DNA of 20,000 nucleotides from an uncultured virus (IMG/VR IMGVR_UViG_3300042307_001070) (IMGVR_UViG_3300042307_001070); one strand, 5' to 3'; numbered from the stretch's first letter, positions 1 through 5,480 are shown. Numbers and translations: made by a program. The notes: generated from the sequence alone by a model not told the origin.

Positions 1-61
1 TTGGTTTTAGAGCACTCCACTTTTAATGGAGGGGTCACAGGTTCGATTCCTGTCGGGGACA
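1..61 (+). tRNA. tRNA-Lys(TTT), 5' end cut by window edge
   Basis: Anticodon arm CTCCA-CTTTTAA-TGGAG; T arm ACAGG-TTCGATT-CCTGT. Confidence 0.9.
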
Positions 62-130
62 CAAAAAAATTTAGTAAAAAAGAACGATAGTTACCAAAAA
101 ATGGTTATCTTCGTTCCAAGAAACTAAAAT

Positions 131-204
131 ACACTCTTAGCTCAGATGGTAGTAGCGGTTGTTTTACATACAACAGGTCACAGGTTCAAACCCTGTAGAG
201 TGTA
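131..204 (+). tRNA. tRNA-Val(TAC)
   Basis: Acceptor ACACTCT/AGAGTGT; anticodon arm GTTGT-TTTACAT-ACAAC; T arm ACAGG-TTCAAAC-CCTGT. Confidence 0.9.
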
Positions 205-214
205 CAAAAAATAA

Positions 215-295
215 GGAAGTGTTGAGCATTTGGCTGGCTCGCTTGACTGTAGATCAAGTCCGAAAGGCGTGTAGGTTCGACCCCTACCACTTCCA
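215..295 (+). tRNA. tRNA-Tyr(GTA)
   Basis: Acceptor GGAAGTG/CACTTCC; CTTGA-CTGTAGA-TCAAG; long variable arm; T arm GTAGG-TTCGACC-CCTAC. Confidence 0.93.
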
Positions 296-303
296 CAACA
301 AAT

Positions 304-392
304 TGATGGGTGTCCCGAGATGGCCGAAGGGTCCGGCCTGTTAAGCCGATGAGAAATATTCTCCACCGTGGGTTCGAATCCCACCCCATCAG
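304..392 (+). tRNA. tRNA-Asn(GTT) with long variable arm
   Basis: Acceptor TGATGGG/CCCATCA, G73; CGGC-CTGTTAA-GCCG; variable hairpin GAGAA-ATA-TTCTC; T arm GTGGG-TTCGAAT-CCCAC. Confidence 0.85.
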
Positions 393-442
393 CTGATTTT
401 TTCCGAACTATCAGATATTTATTAATATAAAATGTTAATATT

Positions 443-985
443 ATGGAAAGGTATTCGGAAAAAATTATATCTTTGAGGAAAGAAGGGAAAACCTACAAAG
501 AGATTACTAAAATTTTAGGTTGTGCAATGTCAACAGTGTCGTATCATTGTCAGATACATAAATTGGGGGATAACAACCAAAAAGTGACGGAAGAAGAGAA
601 AGATAAACTTCAAAAATTATACGATGAAGTAGGATCCTTAAAAAAAGTTGCAAGGATAACAGGTAGGTCTTTTGAAACTGTTAAAAAACACGTTAATAGT
701 GTGGTTAGAGTTAAAAAGATTAGTGGTTCCCAATCGGTTATATTGTGGAGAAAGAGAACTAAAAAGAAATTAATTGAATATAAGGGGGGAGGATGTGAAT
801 TGTGTGGGTATAGTAAATGTGATTCAGCATTACAATTTCACCATAAAAACCCTGACGAAAAAGATTTCTCAATTTCTGGTAGAAGTTTGTCTTTTGACAG
901 ATTAAAAGAAGAAGTTGATAAATGTATGTTGGTGTGTTCTAACTGTCACGCCGAAATACACGAAAAAAATACCACCGAGAAGTGA
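443..985 (+). CDS. Free-standing HNH (homing-type) endonuclease with N-terminal HTH repeats
   Basis: Two HTH-like segments (TYKEITKILGCAMSTVSYH; SLKKVARITGRSFETVKKH), then CELCGY..C..ALQFHH..P..KDF...CMLVCSNCHAEIH zinc-HNH motif. Confidence 0.85.
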   Translation: MERYSEKIISLRKEGKTYKEITKILGCAMSTVSYHCQIHKLGDNNQKVTEEEKDKLQKLYDEVGSLKKVARITGRSFETVKKHVNSVVRVKKISGSQSVILWRKRTKKKLIEYKGGGCELCGYSKCDSALQFHHKNPDEKDFSISGRSLSFDRLKEEVDKCMLVCSNCHAEIHEKNTTEK

Positions 986-1044
986 CTGACGAGTCCGATG
1001 ACGAGCTGAGGGGGTGGTTAAGAAATACCCCTAAATACGTACCA

Positions 1045-1117
1045 GTTCACGTAGCTCAATTGGTAGAGCGCCGATCTGATACGTCGGAGGTAATGGGATC
1101 GTAACCCGTCGTGAACA
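1045..1117 (+). tRNA. tRNA-Ile(GAT)
   Basis: Acceptor GTTCACG/CGTGAAC; CCGAT-CTGATAC-GTCGG; non-canonical T loop ATCGTAA. Confidence 0.9.
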
Positions 1118-1175
1118 CAAAAAGGGGGATAACTTGTGTGGGTGCCCCAACTACTGCAGTAGTACCACACTCTAT

Positions 1176-1264
1176 GGAAAGTAAACCCTGAAGGCGACGG
1201 GACATGCCTGCTAAGCATTGTGATCGGTGAAAATCCGATTGTGGATCGTTACCACTGCTTTCCG
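1176..1264 (+). tRNA. tRNA-Ser(GCT)
   Basis: Acceptor GGAAAGT/GCTTTCC, G73; ATGC-CTGCTAA-GCAT; long variable arm ATCGG..CCGAT; T loop ATCGTTA. Confidence 0.88.
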
Positions 1265-1269
1265 CAACT

Positions 1270-1337
1270 CCCGTATGATCAGGGATCAAAGTTGGCTCAT
1301 ATCCTACTTGAGGTTGGTTCAAGTCCAACATACGGGA
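1270..1337 (+). tRNA. Atypical tRNA with CAT anticodon (Met or Ile2)
   Basis: Acceptor CCCGTAT/ATACGGG; miniature D arm GATC-AGG-GATC; extended anticodon stem AAGTTGG/CCTACTT, loop CTCATAT; 3-nt variable loop; T arm GTTGG-TTCAAGT-CCAAC. Confidence 0.75.
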
Positions 1338-1344
1338 CTTATAT

Positions 1345-1418
1345 GGTGTATGTAGCTCAGTTGGTAGAGTGTCGGTTTGTGGAACCGAAGGTCGTGGGAT
1401 CGTGACCCATCATACACA
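1345..1418 (+). tRNA. tRNA-His(GTG), encoded G-1
   Basis: G-1 plus acceptor GTGTATG/CATACAC, A73; TCGGT-TTGTGGA-ACCGA; T loop ATCGTGA. Confidence 0.88.
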
Positions 1419-1419
1419 C

Positions 1420-1587
1420 AAAAGATGATAAGAAGCGTAGAATGACAGACGTGGAGAGACGTGTCGCAAGGGTACAAACTAAGGATAGGTATTCAATCTT
1501 AATTGTATTGATGTAATAACCCAACTCTCTAATGGTGTGTGAAGGTTTCCAAACCAAGATTCCTGATAAAGTCATTCATCATCTTTT
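1420..1587 (+). ncRNA. Unassigned ~170-nt multi-stem structured RNA with candidate pseudoknot
   Basis: AAAAGATGAT(1420-29)/ATCATCTTTT(1578-87); GAATGAC(1440-46)/GTCATTC(1571-77); loop GGAGAG(1453-58) complementary to CTCTCT(1525-30); internal hairpins. Confidence 0.65.
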
Positions 1588-1628
1588 TTTGACATCCGAT
1601 GTCGGTCCCGAGCTAGGTCGGGCAATTT

Positions 1629-1699
1629 GCGTGGTACAGACAAGGTGTCGGTCAGGTCTCCAAAACCTCGACGGGTTAGTTCGATTCTAACACCACGCG
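1629..1699 (+). tRNA. tRNA-Trp(CCA), atypical D arm
   Basis: Acceptor GCGTGGT/ACCACGC; AGGT-CTCCAAA-ACCT, extendable by GTC/GAC; T arm GTTAG-TTCGATT-CTAAC. Confidence 0.82.
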
Positions 1700-1709
1700 C
1701 AAATAACAA

Positions 1710-1782
1710 GGACTCGTAGCTCAGTTGGTAGAGCACAGGACTGAAAATCCTGGTGTGGTCGGTTCGATTCCGTCCGAGTCCA
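1710..1782 (+). tRNA. tRNA-Phe(GAA)
   Basis: Acceptor GGACTCG/CGAGTCC; CAGGA-CTGAAAA-TCCTG; canonical D and T loops. Confidence 0.95.
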
Positions 1783-1799
1783 CAAAACAAATAGAAATA

Positions 1800-2255
1800 A
1801 TGAACAGAGTATTTAGAACGGTTAACGGTGAAACAATTCCTGATGTGGTAAAACATACCTTAGATGTTCTGAAAGAATGTCCATGGGTGGAAGTACACAT
1901 CGGTACAGACTCACAAAACCACAGAAGAAGTACCGTGTATGTTACGGTAATAGCTTATAGGTATGGGAATAGGGGTGTCCATTATATTCTTCACAAACAG
2001 AAAGTGAAAAAAATAAGAGATAAATGGACACGTCTTTGGAATGAGGCCGATTATTCAATTGAGGTTGCCGAATGGTTAACCAAAAAAGTAAAGGTGCAAG
2101 TTGAGATTGACTTAGATTATAATAGTCAGGAAAAACATTTCAGTTCAAAACTTGTTCCTCCTGTTGTTGGGTGGGCAACATCGTTGGGTTATAAAACAAA
2201 TATTAAACCTGACAACCAAATTGCAACAAAAGCGGCAGATCACCACTGCCGTTAA
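1800..2255 (+). CDS. RNase H-like YkuK family protein (DUF458)
   Basis: IGTDSQ motif, E..YSIEVA, IDLD and IKP...IATKAAD motifs. Start moved to ATG 1800 because the upstream part of the ORF overlaps tRNA-Phe. Confidence 0.82.
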   Translation: MNRVFRTVNGETIPDVVKHTLDVLKECPWVEVHIGTDSQNHRRSTVYVTVIAYRYGNRGVHYILHKQKVKKIRDKWTRLWNEADYSIEVAEWLTKKVKVQVEIDLDYNSQEKHFSSKLVPPVVGWATSLGYKTNIKPDNQIATKAADHHCR

Positions 2256-2260
2256 TATAA

Positions 2261-2332
2261 GGACCTATGACCGAGAGATTTAGGTGCCGGTCTGCAAAAC
2301 CGGTTAGATTGGTTTGATTCCAATTAGGTCCT
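2261..2332 (+). tRNA. tRNA-Cys(GCA)
   Basis: Acceptor GGACCTA/TAGGTCC, U73; CCGGT-CTGCAAA-ACCGG. Confidence 0.92.
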
Positions 2333-2339
2333 CAATAAT

Positions 2340-2420
2340 ACCTTCGTGGTGGAACGGTAGACACGTCAGATTTAGGATCTGATGCCGTAAGGTGTGAGAG
2401 TTCGAGTCTCTCCGAAGGTA
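2340..2420 (+). tRNA. tRNA-Leu(TAG)
   Basis: Acceptor ACCTTCG/CGAAGGT; TCAGA-TTTAGGA-TCTGA; long variable arm; T arm GAGAG-TTCGAGT-CTCTC. Confidence 0.93.
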
Positions 2421-2432
2421 CAAAAAAGATTG

Positions 2433-2470
2433 ATCCGTTATCTGTTGTGAAACACGTAACGGATTTTTTT
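2433..2470 (+). terminator. Probable intrinsic terminator of first tRNA block
   Basis: ATCCGTTA/TAACGGAT stem followed by T-run. Confidence 0.65.
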
Positions 2471-2505
2471 GTATATTGATATATTTATATATAAAATAAA
2501 ATATT

Positions 2506-2775
2506 ATGAATAGATTAACAGAAAGAGATTTGTCAAGAATTGTTAGACAAGTTATTAAAGAAGACAAAGAAGATAAGAAAAAAACTATGAATGACATACC
2601 TGATAGTTTCTTTAAAAGTTTTTTATCAAAAACTAGTAGCATAATGACAAGCGAGGAGTTTTCTGATATTGAATCAATTTTAGGAAAAAGAGTTGGATCA
2701 AATGGTGAAGGTATGGGTGATGTTTTTGAAAAAATATTTATGGAAGCAAGAACAAGAAGAAGAAAAAACGATTAA
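2506..2775 (+). CDS. Hypothetical protein with RLTExDL leader
   Basis: MNRLTERDLSRIVRQVIKE N-terminus; ATATTTAT at 2481. Confidence 0.8.
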   Translation: MNRLTERDLSRIVRQVIKEDKEDKKKTMNDIPDSFFKSFLSKTSSIMTSEEFSDIESILGKRVGSNGEGMGDVFEKIFMEARTRRRKND

Positions 2776-2776
2776 T

Positions 2777-3220
2777 ATGAAAAAAATAATAAGACTTACA
2801 GAATCAGATTTAACAAGGATAGTAAAAAAGGCGATTAACGAATCCAAATCACTAACTAAAAAACAATTGGATCAGATGGTTAAAGATAGTCTAATCACCC
2901 CAAGAGATAGTGAAATCTTAAAACTATATTATATTGATAATATGAGTTTTGATGATATAGCTAATAAGTTTGATAGAACCGTATCAAGTACTAAACAACT
3001 AATTAAAAAGTTATATAATGATATTTCAGATGTTGATGGGTTAAAAAATAAAAGACAAAGTAAAGATGACTCACAAAAAGAAAACCATATAAATAAAGTT
3101 AAAAAAGAAATGAAAAGGGTTAAATTTTATCTTGATAATGGTTATTTAACTAAAAATGAAATTATGTCTTTATTTAAAGAAGTTTTAAATGGTGAAGAAA
3201 AATTAACAACATTAAGATAA
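2777..3220 (+). CDS. Hypothetical protein with RLTESDL leader and sigma-region-4-like HTH
   Basis: MKKIIRLTESDLTRIVKK (start moved to 2777); ITPRDSEILKLYYIDNMSFDDIANKFDRTVSSTKQ resembles sigma70 region 4 HTH. Confidence 0.75.
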   Translation: MKKIIRLTESDLTRIVKKAINESKSLTKKQLDQMVKDSLITPRDSEILKLYYIDNMSFDDIANKFDRTVSSTKQLIKKLYNDISDVDGLKNKRQSKDDSQKENHINKVKKEMKRVKFYLDNGYLTKNEIMSLFKEVLNGEEKLTTLR

Positions 3221-3225
3221 ATTTT

Positions 3226-3265
3226 TAAATAAAACTTGACACTTTTGAAAAGAGTGAATATTTAT
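3226..3265 (+). repeat. Duplicated promoter block (copy at ~3578-3618)
   Basis: TAAATAAAACTTGACACTTTTGAAAAG in both copies, each followed by ATATTTATAA; contains TTGACA. Confidence 0.75.
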
Positions 3266-3280
3266 AATTAAAATAATATT

Positions 3281-3580
3281 ATGAGAAAAACTATAAAATT
3301 AACGGAAGGTGATTTATCACGTATTGTTAGACGAGTTATTAAAGAAGATAAAGAAGAAGATGAAATGGAAGGTATGGGTATGTCCATTACAGTAAAAGAT
3401 ATATTTGAGGCGGTTATAGATGCTCTTCACGATCTTGGTACGTATGATGATGCATCTATGGGTGAAAAGGCAATGAATTTGGCTAAAATGATTATGAGTA
3501 ACATGCAAGATGACTTGGCTTACGTTACTGAGAATTATGAGGATCAACTTTATGATATTCTTGGTGATGAAAATTATTAA
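3281..3580 (+). CDS. Acidic hypothetical protein with KLTEGDL leader
   Basis: MRKTIKLTEGDLSRIVRRVIKE. Confidence 0.8.
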   Translation: MRKTIKLTEGDLSRIVRRVIKEDKEEDEMEGMGMSITVKDIFEAVIDALHDLGTYDDASMGEKAMNLAKMIMSNMQDDLAYVTENYEDQLYDILGDENY

Positions 3581-3640
3581 ATAAAACTTGACACTTTTGA
3601 AAAGTATCATATATTTATAACAAAACAAATAAAAACGCAA

Positions 3641-3715
3641 ATGAAAAATTTACATATCATATTATTAGGCGGATTGGCGATAGCTGAGGATCGTTCCTAT
3701 AAGGAGATGGTATGA
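3641..3715 (+). CDS. 24-aa candidate leader peptide MKNLHIILLGGLAIAEDRSYKEMV
   Basis: Short ORF after ATATTTAT motif and A-rich leader, directly before terminator/antiterminator. Confidence 0.5.
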   Translation: MKNLHIILLGGLAIAEDRSYKEMV

Positions 3716-3740
3716 TAAATTAATTATATAATAAATTTTG

Positions 3741-3772
3741 AAACCCATCTCAATTACGAGGTGGGTTTTTTT
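3741..3772 (+). terminator. Intrinsic terminator (candidate attenuator)
   Basis: AAACCCATCTC/GAGGTGGGTTT stem followed by T-run. Confidence 0.8.
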
Positions 3773-3787
3773 GTTCTTTGACATATT
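3772..3787 (+). promoter_or_regulatory. boxA-like antitermination element (further copies 3864-3878, 5103-5119)
   Basis: TGTTCTTTGACATATT, GTTCTTTGAAATATT, TGTTCTTTTAAAATATT; resembles rrn boxA TGCTCTTTAACA. Confidence 0.6.
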
Positions 3788-3810
3788 GGTAAAAAAAAGT
3801 TTAAAAAAGA

Positions 3811-3842
3811 TTTGGTAGATCAAAATAGATTACATATCTTTG
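3811..3842 (+). promoter_or_regulatory. Bacteroidota-type housekeeping promoter
   Basis: TTTG-N20-TATCTTTG (-33/-7 consensus TTTG/TAnnTTTG). Confidence 0.8.
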
Positions 3843-3885
3843 TAAAACAAATAAGGAAAAAAGGTTCTTTGAAATATTAAAAATA

Positions 3886-3978
3886 TTGTGGTTGTAAGAA
3901 ACGGGAAACTCGTAAAGTGCATTAACCTGTTGACTCAAGATGGTGAAACGAGAGTTTGAGTCAACTACTAAACTACAA
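3886..3978 (+). ncRNA. Unassigned structured RNA (three-way junction)
   Basis: TTGTGGTT/AACTACAA closing stem; ACGGG-AAA-CTCGT; GTTGACTCAAG/TTTGAGTCAAC 11-bp stem. Confidence 0.55.
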
Positions 3979-3987
3979 ATGGTATAT

Positions 3988-4059
3988 CGCAGGATAGAGC
4001 AGTGGTAGCTCGCAAGGCTCATAACCTTGAGGTCGGAGGTTCGAACCCTTCTCCTGCAA
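3988..4059 (+). tRNA. Initiator-type tRNA-fMet(CAT)
   Basis: CGCAGGA/TCCTGCA with C1:A72 mismatch; CAAGG-CTCATAA-CCTTG. Confidence 0.9.
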
Positions 4060-4142
4060 CAACTAATAGCCAACCAAGCTTTACTACGATACGGGTAATA
4101 CCTGTGGGTTAGGGGTGACGGTCAGGAGAGACTGACGATTAT

Positions 4143-4222
4143 GCTGACGTACCGGTGGATGCTTATATCATCTATGCCCGTAGAGGAAGTTTTAAACGTT
4201 GGTTCGATCCCAACCGTCAGTA
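4143..4222 (+). ncRNA. D-armless tRNA-like RNA, TAT anticodon
   Basis: Acceptor GCTGACG/CGTCAGT; 5-nt linker in place of D arm; GTGGATG-CTTATAT-CATCTAT; T arm GTTGG-TTCGATC-CCAAC. Confidence 0.65.
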
Positions 4223-4228
4223 CAATAA

Positions 4229-4300
4229 GCGGGTATCGTATAATGGTTATTACTCCACACTTCCAATGTGGAGATGAGTGTTCGATTCATTCTACCCGCA
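4229..4300 (+). tRNA. tRNA-Gly(TCC)
   Basis: Acceptor GCGGGTA/TACCCGC; CCACA-CTTCCAA-TGTGG; A73. Confidence 0.92.
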
Positions 4301-4305
4301 CAAAT

Positions 4306-4375
4306 GGGCCTGATGCCGACGGCAGGTCAACTGATTTGCAATCAGATTGTTTGGGTTCGATTCCCACAGTGTCCA
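4306..4375 (+). tRNA. tRNA-Ala(TGC), irregular acceptor stem
   Basis: G3:U70 pair; CTGA-TTTGCAA-TCAG; T loop TTCGATT. Confidence 0.72.
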
Positions 4376-4395
4376 CAAAAAAAGTTTGAAAAAGA

Positions 4396-4427
4396 TTTGG
4401 CAGATTGAAATAGATTACATATCTTTG
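4396..4427 (+). promoter_or_regulatory. Bacteroidota-type promoter, near-duplicate of 3811-3842
   Basis: TTTG-N20-TATCTTTG; shares AAATAGATTACATATCTTTGTA with first copy. Confidence 0.8.
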
Positions 4428-4447
4428 TAGAACAAAAATAAAGAACT

Positions 4448-4729
4448 ATGACAAACACAGAGACAATTAAAACCGTAGGTTTAAAAATTACAAAAATTGA
4501 AGGATACGATTATTGTTTGACAGGATACCCAAACAAAAACACAATCCGTAATTGGGAAGATGCGTATGAGTTTGAAAGTTTTGTACAAGATGTTTTAAAG
4601 ATTGAAGGTGAGTTTGATTCTGAAAGTGGTCAGTTCTACGTGTACTTCAAAACTAAACAAAAGGCAACTGCGGCTTTGAATAAGATTGAAAAACATTTCA
4701 AAAAAGTTGGTGAAATGTTAGGTTTGTAA
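4448..4729 (+). CDS. Hypothetical protein
   Basis: 93-aa ORF directly after promoter. Confidence 0.75.
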   Translation: MTNTETIKTVGLKITKIEGYDYCLTGYPNKNTIRNWEDAYEFESFVQDVLKIEGEFDSESGQFYVYFKTKQKATAALNKIEKHFKKVGEMLGL

Positions 4730-4737
4730 GAGTTAAT

Positions 4738-4811
4738 CGCCCGTTGGACAAGTGATTGAAGTCGCTTCCCTTTCACGGAAGAGATCATGGGTTTGAATCC
4801 CATACGGGTGA
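4738..4811 (+). tRNA. tRNA-Glu(TTC)
   Basis: Acceptor CGCCCGT/ACGGGTG; CTTCC-CTTTCAC-GGAAG. Confidence 0.9.
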
Positions 4812-4813
4812 CA

Positions 4814-5020
4814 ATGAGTGAGAGATACTCAAGATGTTTTTAAGTTCATACAAAACTTAACGGTAGAAGTTACACCTACGTTACGGGTACTCGTTGGGAA
4901 TAAGGAAGGAAGGTTCTCCTCGCCCCCAAGTAAGAACTGACTTTTAAGTGGTAAGACACGTTGGGTTTTCAAATAGAAAAACTGTGAATATCTACTCACC
5001 ATTAATCTCAGGTGGGGAAA
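4814..5020 (+). ncRNA. Structured RNA domain A (5' partner across tRNA-Asp)
   Basis: GTGAG-AGATA / TATCT-A-CTCAC closing stem; TTAAGTT/AACTTAA, TTGGG/CCCAA and AGGA/TCCT hairpins; 3' tail AGGTGGGGAAA. Confidence 0.6.
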
Positions 5021-5024
5021 CTTT

Positions 5025-5095
5025 GGTCCATTGGTGAAATATTATCATATCTGACTGTCTATCAGAAGTCCTCGGAGAGTAACCGGGATGAACCG
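5025..5095 (+). tRNA. tRNA-Asp(GTC), degenerate D and T loops
   Basis: GGTCCAT/ATGAACC, G73; TCTGA-CTGTCTA-TCAGA; D loop lacks GG; T loop AGAGTAA. Confidence 0.75.
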
Positions 5096-5117
5096 CACAA
5101 AGTGTTCTTTTAAAATA

Positions 5118-5258
5118 TTGATAGTGGTTTTCCCCACCTCAACGGATGTCGACAATCCAGAGTGGATCAGGAATTCAGCACCCTTTCTGCCGGGGCCCTG
5201 ATAAAAGTCAGAAGAAGCAGTTAAGATTGGAGCGAGACGGGTACTCCATCACTATCAA
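5118..5258 (+). ncRNA. Structured RNA domain B (3' partner across tRNA-Asp)
   Basis: TTGATAGTG/CACTATCAA closing stem; GGAT/ATCC, TCAGG/CCTGA and TGGAG/CTCCA hairpins. Confidence 0.6.
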
Positions 5259-5265
5259 CATATTT

Positions 5266-5328
5266 AGTCAGGTGGCGGAAGGGTAAACGCACTACAATCA
5301 GCAACAGGTTCGAGTCCTGTCCTGACTA
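5266..5328 (+). ncRNA. tRNA-like RNA lacking an anticodon arm
   Basis: AGTCAGG/CCTGACT acceptor; D arm GCG-GAAGGGTAAA-CGC; 13-nt linker; T arm ACAGG-TTCGAGT-CCTGT. Confidence 0.72.
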
Positions 5329-5367
5329 CGTGGGAAAGATCTATCCCGAAAACAGAACATGGATCAC

Positions 5368-5463
5368 AAACACGTAAACCTAAGTACCTGTACAGCGGTG
5401 AGTAACGGGCTAAGTTATATACAATTCCTCGGAGCTGGGAGTAGAATGCTTAGGAGCGTGTTT
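5368..5463 (+). ncRNA. Unassigned structured RNA
   Basis: AAACACG/CGTGTTT and CCTAAGTA/TGCTTAGG stacked stems enclosing small hairpins. Confidence 0.55.
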
Positions 5464-5480
5464 TTAAAATATAAAAAACT

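Noticed and set aside
986..1006. Bona fide hammerhead ribozyme
   Set aside because: It has CTGACGA and stem II, but GAG replaces GAAA and no convincing stems I and III were found. Kept only as a weak finding.
1591..1622. Two small hairpins (GACAT/ATGTC, CCCGA/TCGGG) as a separate ncRNA
   Set aside because: Too short to support alone; may be processing signals or a tail of the 1420-1587 RNA.
159..1856. Short ORFs on both strands across the tRNA cluster (e.g. 159-344, 178-384, 1056-1331, 1572-1856)
   Set aside because: They overlap clear tRNA cloverleaves and are shadow translations.
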